In this document: positions 49,621 to 62,270 of the stretch, in pieces
Position numbering within the stretch: the first letter of the stretch is position 1
How the letters are laid out: the number at the start of each line of letters is the position of its first letter
Assembly (NCBI RefSeq): GCF_018350175.1
Contig: NC_058368.1
Coordinates: 16,308,001 to 16,372,000, forward strand
Source: Felis catus
Lineage: Eukaryota
Length of the DNA: 64,000 nt
Reading direction: 5' to 3'
Made by a program: the position numbers and the translations under genes
The notes under the pieces: model-generated
Seen by the model: the letters and a program-made list of their open reading frames with translations, nothing else
What the model was told of the DNA's origin: nothing
Databases searched by the model: none

Positions 49621-50637
49621 TGCTAGCCTACTGGGGTGGAGTGTTGCGGTGCTCCTAGGTGCATATGCGCAAGCGCGGGCGAGATGAAAATGGCGCCTCC
49701 CAGCTACCCAGTGTGTTCTTCTGGATCAGCAATCGCGCACCTGTCCTCTGTCTTCAACTCTTGTCCACTCCCCGCTTTTTCACTCTCCGTGACCAGGCCC
49801 CAGGCAATGCCTCTCTCCCAACTTTTGTCTCAGATGCGGCTGTTTTCTCCGGTCCCTTACTTCTGAAGGACTGCGGCTTTGACCCGTTCCGCCCCTCTGC
49901 GGGAGGGTCTCACCGAGCAATAACTGAATGTTGGCTGAACCCAGGAACACCCGCTGGAACCTGCTGCTGCCGGTGCCCTGAGACTGCGGCCAGGTGCCAG
50001 TCTGCTCCAGAAAAAGTTCTCGAGACAGTGTAGCAGCAGCGTTTCAGGGATTATGGGCACCAGGCTTCCCCCTCAACGACCTTGCCCCAGCACCAGCGAA
50101 TGTGGTCGCCTTCCGGGGTCTGCTGCAACCAGGTGGCTTCAACAGTCTCTACCAAATGTCCTTCCAGCAGTGGAACCGCTTTTCCCCGTGTGGCCCAAGA
50201 ACCTCCCGGACCCCACTCTGTTCCTGGGGATTCGCCCTTCCCACCAGAGCACCACCAGGTACTGAGCTGTGGAGTTGCAGACTCTGTGTTCCCCTTGTTT
50301 ACAGTCTTAATGAAATTTAAACCCTCTCCTTTCTCCTTTCTCCCTTTTTAGTTTAGTCCCTTCGGCTGTTTCCAATTTTCCACTTTCTCTCCAGCTGCTT
50401 TTGGGGAGGGGTGCTTTTCCTGAATTCTGCCCCCCTCCCCGGTCTCTTTCCTCTCTCCACCCACAAAAGCGGTTTCCACCTTTCATGGCTTCTCGCTCCC
50501 CAAATTCACTTCTCTGTCCCGCGTACCTGCTGAATTCTGTGGTTCAGGTTGTGCAGATTGTTGTGTTAATCCTCCGATCAGTTTTCTAGGTGTGTAGGAT
50601 GGTTTAGTGTTGGTCTGGCTGTATTTCATGGACGCGA

Positions 50638-50646
50638 GCCATCTTG
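50638..50646 (-). promoter_or_regulatory. YY1 site at L1 5' terminus
   Basis: CAAGATGGC at about +13 of the element, the usual L1 position. Confidence 0.7.
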
Positions 50647-52377
50647 GCTCCTACCCCCATCAGTTACTTATTTTTTAAGGTAAAAGTGAGTCTATGATAT
50701 TTCTGTTTGAACTCAGATTCTGAGAAGAAAAATTTGGAAAAATTCTAAGTAAATTTATGAAGCTGGTACATATCTGTCACTTAACAGAAGTTATTTTCTC
50801 TTTATTTCTCTTCTTTCCTTCCTCTCTATAACCTTTGTATTGGATCATTCTTTCACAGAAACTTCTGTATTAGTATTAACATTTAAAGGGAGATTTGAAT
50901 ATTAATAGAAATAAAAAGGCTTAGGGTAAAGAAATTAAAACTTAATGACTTGAGGCAAAGAGAGAGACCATGCTGTATATTTTGGGAAGTCAGATGGCCT
51001 GGATTGAACCCTTGATCACTCAGTCATCAGCTGAGAACACTGGGAAAGTCTCTTACATCCCTATTCCTTGATCTCCTTAGCTGAGTAATTAGCTAATATC
51101 TGTCCTTTGAACCTCTCAGTGATGTTTTACTAGTTATTTTTAAAGAAGGAGGAAGATTTTAAGTAAATGTCCAAATAGAGTAAGTTCTGTGCCGTTTCAA
51201 ATTTGAGAAGTGTGAATCACTCAAAATTGCCAACACTATATTTATGTCAGGAGCGGCCCTCAAACACACTCAGGATGCCTACTGTTCAGCCTTGACAGGC
51301 ATGGTGATGAACCTCAAGAAACAATAGCACCAGAAACAGCAGTGAAAATACCCAGAGTAAATTTTTTGTTGAAGACAGAGTGAACTGGGTGTAAAAGTGC
51401 TTTTTAAAATGTGAAGTGGGTGAAAGAAGATTTGGAGTTTTAGGATTAAGACACCTCTGGGGAAGGAACATATGTAGAGGTAGCTTCTCAGTCTATTCAG
51501 GCAATCAACTCTGGGGAGATACAGAGAGAACCCAGCTCTCTTCTAGTAAGAGAGAAAAAGCATGCTGAATGAGCAAAGGCAAAGTACTTGCTGAATAATT
51601 TTTACTGTGAGGGTTGTATGGTTAGGTCACAGTGACACTGAGATGCTGAACTGACAAGTCTTCAAAATAGAGCATATCCAAATTAAAGAGAAAATATATA
51701 TATACACACATAGGAATATTATTCAAATGTATCAGGATGATATGCAATAACTCTCCACATCTGTCTGTAAATAAATGTAAATTGATTTTTAAAAATCCCT
51801 TTTGAGCATTTTGTCTAGACAGGTTTAAGGAATTTTGTTGTTGCACTGTTTGGCTTTTGATTTTTTTGATTTTTGTCTGCCAGCAGACAGGGATGGTTGC
51901 CAGTGCTTTGAAAGTAAGGAGTATCTGACACCTGCCTGGTGTGTGTGAAAAAGCAACTATGCTTTGTGTCCCTTATCAACATGTGAAATACACAATCTAA
52001 AAAGGAGTTTCTGATTATTTTGCATGGTGACATTGAGGGTAAAGCTTTATATAACCTCCTCATGAGATTGCATTAAATTGTAGCTTAGGTGTTGAGCTTG
52101 AGGTCTTTGCAGGTCTTACCTGTATGCCATGTGGTATATCAAGAGAAGACCAATCCTATGAGCATGTCAAGATTAGTGCTGCTATTTCTGTTGGGGATCA
52201 CGTTACCATAGTAGTATCTTCCCTGTGGCTTATAAAAGACTTATTTTGATTAAGTGCTACTTTTATTTTATTCAAAATGAAATAGAGATAAAATTATAAT
52301 TTTTTTTTCGTTTTTGCCTTCAGCCTTAATAGTAATTTCACGTAGAAGAACAAAGGTAATCAATGCATCTCTCTCTT

Positions 52378-52587
52378 TTTTTTTAATGTTTATTTATTTC
52401 TGGGACAGAGAGAGAAAGAGCATGAATGGGGGAGGGGCAGAGAGAGAGGGAGACACAGAATCAGAAGCAGGCGCCAGGCTCTGAGCTGTCAGAACAGAGC
52501 CCAATGCGAGGCTCGAAGTCACAAACTGTGAGATCATGACCTGAACTGAAGTTGGTCGCTCAACTGACTCAGCCACCCAGGCACCCC
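52378..52587 (-). mobile_element. Can-SINE
   Basis: Reverse-complement SINE; degenerate TSD AATG(C/T)AT(C/A)TCTCT. Confidence 0.94.
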
Positions 52588-52713
52588 AATGTATATCTCT
52601 TTTTAGCAACTTTCTTTTACTTACTATGTGCTGGTTCCTCAGACCAACATCATCATATGAATGACTATGCGAATGAGTTAGTACCTGTGTATATTTTATT
52701 TTTCCTTTGGATT

Positions 52714-53106
52714 TGTGACTGCCCTGAGGCACTACTCAAATTTGGTCTGGATGTCAAGACTAGTGATACCACACACCCACCAGGAAGGTATAAAGAAATG
52801 CATTACTTATGTAATAAGGCTTTCTCTGGGAAGCAGGGTAGACTCTGGAGAAGGTTCAAAAGTAGTTTGAGAGAGTTGGAAGGAAGACCTGCCTTTGACT
52901 TTTATTGGAGTTAGGCTGTGGGGCCAGAATGAATGGTTTCATACCAGAGCCTGGGTTTGCTTGGCTTGAATTTCCTACCAGCACCAAGGGAGAGAGTGTT
53001 GTGGGCTCTCTTATTGGCTTGTCTGGATGGGAGTCAAGAGGAGAAAAGGGAGGGGTGAGGCTTGAAAGCTGTTAGTGAGCAAACACCAAAAATGGAGTCA
53101 TTTACA
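52714..53106 (-). mobile_element. Possible old ERVL-class solo LTR
   Basis: TG...CA ends; the minus strand begins TGTAAATGACTCCATTTTTGG..ACAGCTTTCAAGCCTCACCCCTCCC, an LTR-like phrase; no TSD seen. Confidence 0.45.
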
Positions 53107-53836
53107 GTCTCTTCAGTGTATCTTTATTATCTAAGCAGACAGTAAAGACATGAGTGGAAATTGTGTGTGAATATAATTATCAATAAAAGAAAATGGCAGT
53201 TTGCGCTTCTTAAAGATTACATGTGTTTCTGGGATGGATGCTCTGGAACTATCATAGGGACACTTTTCTGTACCAACAGTGAAGACAGGTGAGGCACAGC
53301 CTAATGAGCCTAATGTTAAATGGTGGTCCCTACTTTTCTAACTCCTCCTTTCTTTTTCTTCATGGAATTGGTGGATTGAAGATCATGATTTTCATGAAAC
53401 ATTACCGGAGCAGGGAAGTTTAAGCCTCCTTCCTTGTTCTGTTTTATTTTTCCCCCCCAAACTCTCCCCACATTGCATTCCTCTTCTTCCCATAGAAACT
53501 CAATGATTGTAAATATATGTGTGTGGTAGGAAAAAGTGTAGTGTTTTATTTTTTATGTGCATACTATAAATTTATACCATCATATTTTGCTATAGATATG
53601 CATATTTTTTACTGAGTACTGTGTTTTAAAAATCATTCCATGTGGTTTTATGTAGATTTAGTTTGTTACTTCTGACTGCTGTGTAATAGTTAATATTATG
53701 CTTATGGAACATTGTAGATATCTATTCCCTTAGTATAGACCTCTAGAAATCTCTTCATTAACCTGTGCTCTTTCTATAATGCCCTAAGCTAACATTCTCT
53801 CCTCAGTAACATAAAAACATGTTTTCTTCTCAGGGG

Positions 53837-53837
<1 letters not shown>

Positions 53838-53918
<81 letters not shown>
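53838..53918. repeat. Compound (TG)n(AG)n microsatellite
   Basis: Directly visible. Confidence 0.97.
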
Positions 53919-53920
<2 letters not shown>

Positions 53921-54953
53921 AGGATTCTGGCATCTTTCAACCTCTCTCTCGCTTTTGTGGCATCTATAAATCGAGTTCAGGCAAGGTAGCCAGCCATCAG
54001 CCTATGCTTGTTTACTACACTTTTGTACCTCAAAGAACTTTCCAACACTTGACTTCATTTGATTCTTATTATTAGTAAGTCAAATGCTATGATTAACTCC
54101 ATCTTATTGCTAAGGCAACTAGCTTTTGGTGAAGACAAGTTGCAATAAGACCTAAATGATGGATTTCGAGTAATTCTAAGTCTTTTGATTTTTTTACACT
54201 GATTTAGGTTAGTCAGAATGAGCTACTACCAACCAAATTATGATAAATGGACCCCAGATTGTGGTAAACTTTTTAGTGCTGGTGCTTAGTATTACCCAGA
54301 AGAAAAAATTCTTACAAGGAGATGAAATATTACAAATTATTACAGGATAAGAACTCATTCATAAACTTCCTGAATTGGACTTGCCTATCACACTACAACC
54401 TAGCCTCTAAGCATAGTTTAATTCTAGCTATGAGGTATTAGCCTGCTGTAAGTTCACAAAGGTTCTGAGCGACCCCAATTGTATCTCATACAGTGTGAGA
54501 GATTTATATAGGAAGCTCTAAAATACAGCATTTAGTCAGTGTTATACGCCACTCAGTATAAGATTTAAGATGCTGGCTTAGGAATTCAGGAACATGGATT
54601 TCAGTGTTGCTTCCATCTCTAACTTGCTGTGTAAACTTGTGAGTATAATTTCACTTCATCAGACCGCAGTTAAAATTAGAGTGTTAGAATAGATGATTTT
54701 AAAGCGTTCCTCCAAGTTGAAATTCTGTAGCTACAGTATATTGTTAATTTAAATAAGATAACAACTCTTAAATATTCCTCTGAATAATGAATTTAAAAAA
54801 ATCTATAGCTTCATGCATTTTGGTACAGGATATAAGTTTCAACGATTCTCTACTGTTTTGACAGATAATTTTTATAAAATTTACACATTTTAAGAGTATA
54901 TAAATTAGAATACTACTATACAACAATGTGCTAGGTAAGATAGTCAATTTTTA

Positions 54954-55180
54954 GGGGCGCCCAGGTGGCTCAGTTGGTTAGATGCCCGAGTCTTGGTTTT
55001 GGCTTAGGTCATGATCTCGTGGTTGGTGGGAATCAAGCCCCGCATCAGGCTCAGTGCTGATTGTGTGGGGCCTGCTTGGGATTCTCTGTCTCTCCCTTTC
55101 CCTCTGCCCCTCCCATGTGCTCGCTCGGTCCCTCTCTCTCCCTCTGTGTGTCTCAAAATAAATAAATAAACTTAAAAAAA
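54954..55180 (+). mobile_element. Can-SINE (older subfamily)
   Basis: Head GGGGCGCCCAGGTGGCTCAG, GCCTGCTTGGGATTCTCT variant, A tail. Confidence 0.92.
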
Positions 55181-56353
55181 TTTTTTTAAAAAGGATGACA
55201 AAAGTTTTAGAAACAATATGTTACTTCTATATGGGTGAAAGCAACAATTTCTGATACTCAGAGAATGGTATACGAACTACACACTCAAGGATAGTTTTAT
55301 CGTAACAGAAAACAAACAGAAAGTTAATAGGTACACAATCACAAAAGTCTCCATCCTGGAAATGAAACAAAACAACGAGCGGTATCGATTCACCACTTAT
55401 TAGGTAAGATTCTTTGAAGTCCTGTGATGACTCAGACCAGTGTGTCTGTACTGCAGCCGCACAGGAACAAAGATCATCCGCTGCTTCGTACATTTCTGGG
55501 ATTCCTTTTACGAGCGACATTCTCAGTGTTAGACCCTGGATTCCCACTAGCAAGCCCAGACAGAGGAGAGCAAGATTGAGAGGCTTGAAGCATGCAGTAT
55601 GGAAAAGAAAAGTGGTAGACGGTTTCTTTCTAACAGTATAGAGTAGGTGACTTTTTTCTGTAACACTCAAGCAGCTAGTACACGAAACAGAAAGAATTTG
55701 AATTCTGGCACAGTTCTACTGGTTGTGGGAGGTGTCGGCAGCCCTTTAAGCTTTACGACCCTCAGTTTCATCATCTCTACAATGGGAATGATAGCACATA
55801 TTATCTGGAAAGATTTAGAGTAAATATTTTTAAGAGATCTGTAGTACCTGCATCATATTTTGTGGTTTTTCTGATTATACTTAGTATTAATATCTCATAG
55901 GGAGTTTCATGGTACTAATAAACAGAAAGAATGGAAAACTCTCTTAAGTTCACAACGGTAAGCTTATCCAACACTTGAGTTTGTTGCCACTGCCTAACTT
56001 TTCTCTGCTGGGAAGAACTACCTTTAACAGTTTCCTGTGAACTGGGGGCCAGGCCATGGTTACTCCTTGCCTTTGACACAGACATACATGCGCCAGTGTG
56101 CAAACTCGCACCAAACATAGGTCCAAAGGTCCGACCCAGCTTGAAGTCACCTTGTACCACTCTCTCTGACTGCAGTTCACAATTCTCCCTGCCATACTCA
56201 CAAGCAAACCGTTGGGGACCTGGGCACATCCCATTGTGTGTCTTCTGCAAAACGATTCCCTCAGACATGTCGCCTGCTTCTTGACAGTGAGTGAAAGGTT
56301 GAAAATAAAGAGATTGCTATTACCATAACCTATGTTAGAAGAATTAGAATTAA

Positions 56354-56566
56354 GGGGTGCCTGGGTGGCTCAGTGGGTTAAGCGTCTGACTTTAGCGGCT
56401 CAGGTCATGACCTCATGGTTTATGAGTTTGAGCCCTGCATTGGGTTCTCTGCTGTCAGCACAGAGCCTGCTTTGGATCTCCTGCCCCCTCTCTCTCTGCC
56501 CCTCCACTGCTCATGCTCTCTTTTTCTCTCTCAAAAATAAACAAACATTAAGAAAAGTTAAAAAAA
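56354..56566 (+). mobile_element. Can-SINE (older)
   Basis: Head, CT tract and A tail; degenerate TSD AAGAATTA.. Confidence 0.92.
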
Positions 56567-59500
56567 AAGAATTAAAACTGAAACAATTGTTATTATTTCT
56601 CTGCTGAGTCAGGTCAAGAGAGTATTCTAATATGAGCAAAATCTCACTGATCTTGAGAACTGATCATCCAGCAGATGACAGGATATAGGACAAGCACAGA
56701 GAGGAATAGACACAGAACCTTTGTGTCCTCATTTGTTCTCTCCCGACCGGTCAATAGCCAACTCTGTTCAGCAGCTAAAGTTATCCCACACAGGGTGAGG
56801 GAAGAATGTGATATTTATTTTACTTTAGAGTGAGGCAAAGACTGGGTTTTAAAATTTTCATAGAAATCTTAAAAATATGGTAAAATACTACAAACAAAAG
56901 CAGCATTTGTTACCTTTGGTCTCATAACAAGTGTATTCAGTAAATTTTGGAAAACATCATGTTACGACAATAGAACCTGTCTGGAGTGTATATTGATGTG
57001 ATTGTTTCTGTATCTCTTTTTGTCTGCACATAAAACTGATTTTGACTTCTGTAGCTTGTGACTTTTCATCTCCTACTATTATATGCCATCACTTACTCAA
57101 TAATCAGATCAGAGAAGCTTTTTACCAGAGTCTACAATGACTATGTTGGTGATGACATCAATCCACAAAATGGCACGAAACATCAGAAAAGGGAACAGAT
57201 GTGAGAAGTTAGAGTCGGCACAGCCCATTAAAATCGCTCTGCCTTTATTAACTGAAAATGCAGCAATTCAAATGCATCTTAAGTGAAAAATGCACCTTAT
57301 GTCACACCACACTCTATTTTTCATTGCGTAGCTCACTCCTGGGCTTGAGGGGCTAATTTCAGATTGTGTTCGAGACTCCCATGGGGACTCCAGCTGCATA
57401 TGTTATAGAGGCAGAAATCAAAGGGAAAAAGGTCTTCTTGTGTTTGTACAGTGGTTCTCTGACAGATTTTCTGATGTCAGAGAAAACAATGACCTGTGTG
57501 GGTGATTATATGTGTAAGGGGGAGTAGCTTATTAATCATTATTCCTTCACATTTTAGTTTTTAGTATAATATTAATATGTAAATGTAAACAATGTAACCC
57601 CAGCTAACCAAAGCATGGGGATTTGTGAAAAAGAAGGAATACCATATCTCTCATTTACCATGACTGTAAGAACCAGCCCAAATACAGTTTTCTGAAAATC
57701 AATTTGAGTTCCAAAATAAACTGAATATACTCTGCCTTTATTTTCTCTTAATGTCAAAGATGGTGACATAATCAGAAGAGCCTTTAAAATACCCTAGTTC
57801 AAATCCTGACTCTTCTACCTTTTAGCTATGAATCACTTGAAAAAAAAAATCACAAAAACTCTATGATCATCAATATTAAGTGATATGGGAATGGAGTTTA
57901 TCACATCTAATTCTTGTGAAAGTCTGACCTAAAATGTCTATCCCAAGAAATGCTAATTTTTCTTCTGTCTTCCTTCTCTTCCTTCCTTCCCTCTCCCCAT
58001 CTTCCTTTTTTCCTCTGCCCTTTTTCCCCTCTTTGAAGTGAGATGTACATGTAAAATCCATCTTATTCCACAAGCATGTCAGTTGACACACGGAAAAGTA
58101 CTAAACTTTTCTGTCTTTTTCCTTCACCTATAAAGCTTTTATTTACAAACTTTATCAGTTACATCAAATAAAATACACGTGAAAGTCCCCTCGTGTAAGT
58201 AAATATTCAAAAAATAGCTTTCTTTCCTTCATTTGTTAAATTTTCTGTAAACTTTGTGATTTTAGAAAACCATTGAGTTTATATACATTTTACTCTTCCT
58301 ACTTCTTTGACTTACTGAGAGAGAAATTTGGGATGGTACATGACCTTGGAAATGTAAAGGAATATTTAAAAACTCTATTCAAAAATACTTATTAGGTATG
58401 TCCTAATACCCAAGCACTGTTCTCAAAAACTAGAAACATAAGCGTGAACAATATGGACAAAGCCCCTTCTTTATGGAGTAGCATTTTAGAGAGGAAGAGG
58501 CAGAAAAACAAAACAAAAGAGATGCAATGAATAAACAAGTTTCTGGCTAAGAACCAATTTAGGTAGTCTAGTGATTTTTGAAAACCATCATAAAAATAGG
58601 AAGCTAGAAAGTAACTGATTTAACCTCCTATAAAAATTGCAATGGATTTATTAACCTCTTTCGAAGAACTTTATATCATTATTTTAACCAATCTTTTTTT
58701 TCTTTCCTGGTTTTCAGCAACAATTCTCAATTTTCAAAAATGTTGATTTCAGTGAAAGCCTTCATTCAACAAATAATTAAATCTGCTATTTAGGACTTCT
58801 GGTTAGACTCTTAATGTCTAACTGAACCTATTACACATCTGCTAACCTGGGCTAAGTTTCTCTTAGAAACACAATTAATCAAAGATGAGGTTGATTTATC
58901 CTAGAAAGGTTAATAAAGTAATGCTTTCACGTTCTTTCCAGATCCACCAGGAACTTGGGAAATCAATTATTTTAGGAAATCTTGCAACACAGCACAGCCA
59001 CCCTGTTTTATATCTTTGTTATATTGTTAACTACCCTTAATGTTACTCTCCCTAGTCATTGATTCTCTCCCATGATTTCTTTTCGAAACCCATTTATTTT
59101 AAACTCTGGGGCAATTATTCTTTTTACTTATTTTTTGTTGAATAAATGAGTTTTGAATAATCTCCCACTACTTTGAAAATAATTTTCATCAATTTTCCCT
59201 TCCTGAATCCTTGATGCTCACCCAAGGAAACCACCTCCCCAGGTAGCTCGTCCTATGGATGTAATTCATTCTTCACTCCCATGTAATTTGAGAGCAGGAA
59301 GTTGGAAGTCCAAATCTGTTTCAGTTTTTAATGCATCATTCAGAATATTGCTCCTCTACCAAGGGAATCTCATGGGAACTTGCTGTAACCCACTCTGTTC
59401 TCCATTCTTATTCCCAGAGAAATTCCATCTTTATGATTTGACTTCTTGAAGCTCTTGACAATGTAAACCACTTTCTCCTGAAAATTCTTCCCTTTCTTAC

Positions 59501-59720
59501 ATTTCCTGAATTTCCACCATCTTTTTGGTGATGACTGTTTAGGTTGTTTGGTCATTTCCTTTGATTCTGCTCATCCCTTGCACTATTCATCTGTCCAGGC
59601 CAGAGATGTGAGTATGCTTCTCGACTTCTCCATCTTTGTGATCACCAGCTTGAGTTGGTCTTTAAAGTCAGACCGTAGGGTATGTGTCCAATGTATTTGC
59701 ATATACATTATGTTTTATTT

Positions 59721-59950
59721 ATTTCTTTTTTAAAGCTCACTTATTCATTTTGGGAGAGAGAGAGAGAGAGAGCATGAGCATGCGCATGAGTGGAGGAAGG
59801 GCAGAGAGAGAGGGAGAGAGACAATCCCTAGCAGGCTCTACACTATCAGCACAGAGCCCAGTGGGGGGCTTGAACTTACAAACCGTGAGATCATGATCCA
59901 AGCCAAGATCAAGAGTTGGACACTTGGCTGACTGAGCCATCCAGGTGCCC
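59721..59950 (-). mobile_element. Can-SINE (older)
   Basis: TSD ACATTATGTTTTATTT at 59705-59720 and 59951-59966. Confidence 0.94.
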
Positions 59951-62270
59951 ACATTATGTTTTATTTCTGTAAATTTCAGAATCTGATCTAAGCCAAAGTA
60001 GCTAGCACATCTGTGATCCTTTTACTTTTTTGTTGTTTAGTCAGTATGCCTAGAGATGTAGCCATGTGTGCACCTTGGGAAAGATGATCTATTTGTCCCC
60101 TAGGAGATCTCACAAGTTGGCCTCACTTTAATTAATAGGCTTTAAGTCAGTGTCTGGTCTTTTTGCCTACAGGCTCTGACAACTTTGTAGCATGCTCTCA
60201 TCTCTCACAGACTCAAGTTACTTAAGTTGAACTGAAGTTCAAGACTTGCTTTCTGTAATCAAGACGCCCGCTTCCTTGTTGCATGGTTGTACTGTCACAA
60301 AAACTGGAACACATGATTCAACAGTAGCAGTGCATTTGCTCTGTGAATAAAGCTGTAATGTGGGATCTCACTAGAATTAGAAAGTCAAATTTTAGGCATA
60401 GTGTCAGAGGCACGAGCTAACATACCTTCATTCACTTATCTTCACACTGGGTCAGCTTTATCCATGGAACCTGAATGATCCAAATCCACGGGCTAAGATT
60501 CCTTCTTTTCCAGGACACTATGAAAATGCCAAAATTGGCTGCTCTGACACTTCTTTATCTTTTGTCTACAGCATTTCTCCAGGTTATGGCTGTCACCCCT
60601 GTTCTGACAGGCTCCTTTGTTTAGCCACATTAATACATTAGATTGGCCTGCGGTTTATTCTGCTTCCTAAGGTGATCTGCACAGGTTTTCTTTGATCCAA
60701 GCTAGATAAGAGGAACTTACATACCTCTTAATCCTAAATTCTTTTGAATTCCTTGGTGTTATTCTCATGCAATATAAAGAAAATAGTTCCTTACCTTTGA
60801 CAAAATGATTTTCATTTCTTTTTCTATTTTATTTTATCCTAATGATAACTGAGCTCCTTGGTCTAGTGGTAGATAGGTACTTTCTTACTTTACAAATGAG
60901 CAAATAAAGACATCAGGATAAAACTGAAAATTGAACTTCTGGCTACCACGTCTAAAGCAGAGGATTCTGGCCAACAAATTTGGATTAGGGTGGCTTTGGC
61001 TATTTTCATTCATTAAGCATGATTATAAACACATTCCCACTGAGTTTAATGCCACATAGACATATATCTATACCTAAATAGATAGATAGATATAAATATC
61101 TCTATATAGTTTATATAGATATAAACCAGATATAAATATCTATGGGTAGATATAGATAGTTACATATGTCAGAATATTTATATCCATGATAATTGGCCTA
61201 TTTTATTTCCTCAAAACATTTTTTCACATTTAAATTAACTTTGATAGAGACAGAAAGAGCGTATGAAGGCCGATGAGTAAAGCATTGTTATTGTCAGGAG
61301 CATCAATTCTAATCCTTCTTCTACTAAGAATTGTGGATGTAAAGTTGTACCTGTTATTTTCTTCCTTCTTTTTCTTTTTTTCTCATCCACAGTGGAATAT
61401 TAATCTTCAGATATTATGGACCTAGTTTTCTGACAGCCACTTATTCTCTTTTCCTCTCACTTTTTCGACTAACATAACCAATTAGTCTGGTTATGATGAG
61501 TAGATAGGTATATTCTTCCTTTTGTCCTCTATAATAAGATTAATGGAATATCTTTATTCTATACACTGATAAAATTTGTGGGCATACTTTCTGTATTAGA
61601 AACACATTACTAAGCATAGAAAAATTGCACATATGTGTTTTATAAGTATATAAGAGTACATATTTTATATATAAATATAACTTCTTATTGATCAAAGCCT
61701 TATAATTAGATATTCATAAATGAGATATCCTATAATGGTTAGTGTATATTAGCATCAACAGATTACAGTGTATACATACATAAAATTCAGTTCAGTTTAA
61801 AAGCTCCTTCTTAAGAAGGAGCGATGGGAAGTTTGTGCTCACATTATGGTGTGCTGGGATGGGTAATAGGGCTGGGTTTAGGGGTAAGTATAAACATGTT
61901 ATTAACACATATAACCACGATGCAACCTAAACTGACAAAAGTCATATAGATACTGCATAGGGTAATTAAAATGAGACCATTAAGTAGAAATCTGAACAAA
62001 AATGGAGAATTCTAACCTCAGATACATAATTATTCTTGACTTTTGTATGGACCACCTTCAAAACAATTTGAGCAGTTCAATGGCTTTATCAGCAGAGAAG
62101 ATTGGATCCTCAGGGGTTACATCATTATTTAGCAAAAGTTTCTAAGGTAACAGGAGAGAGATTTTACTTTATTCAGTTTTTTTAATTGACATAATATAGC
62201 ATTGACAAGTTTCTTTTTATGTATTTGTGTATCAACTTCCAACTTTTGAGAATCTTAAAAGATAATTATG

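Larger units (their letters stand above)
43133..50658 (-). mobile_element. Full-length LINE-1 (felid type), inactivated
   Basis: 5' end GGGGGTAGGAGCCAAGATGGC, about 2-kb 5'UTR, ORF1, ORF2 (EN, RT, C-terminal), 3'UTR and A-rich tail; TSD core ATCAGTTACTT at 43122-43132 and 50659-50669. Confidence 0.97.

Noticed and set aside
43501..50589. Plus-strand ORFs over the L1 (e.g. 43776, 44271, 47973, 49659, 49994)
   Set aside because: Antisense shadows of L1 ORF1/ORF2 or chance ORFs in the GC-rich UTR. I cannot support an ORF0-like product from sequence alone.
55227..56284. ORFs of 147, 117 and 94 aa in unique upstream DNA
   Set aside because: No recognisable domain, overlapping on both strands and no splice or promoter support; compatible with chance.
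2576..59952. Recurrent ORFs of the type MAQSVK..TSAQVMIS..SVSPSLS (e.g. 8020, 12801, 13258, 26604, 36281, 52394, 59737)
   Set aside because: They are translations of Can-SINE copies, not a gene family.
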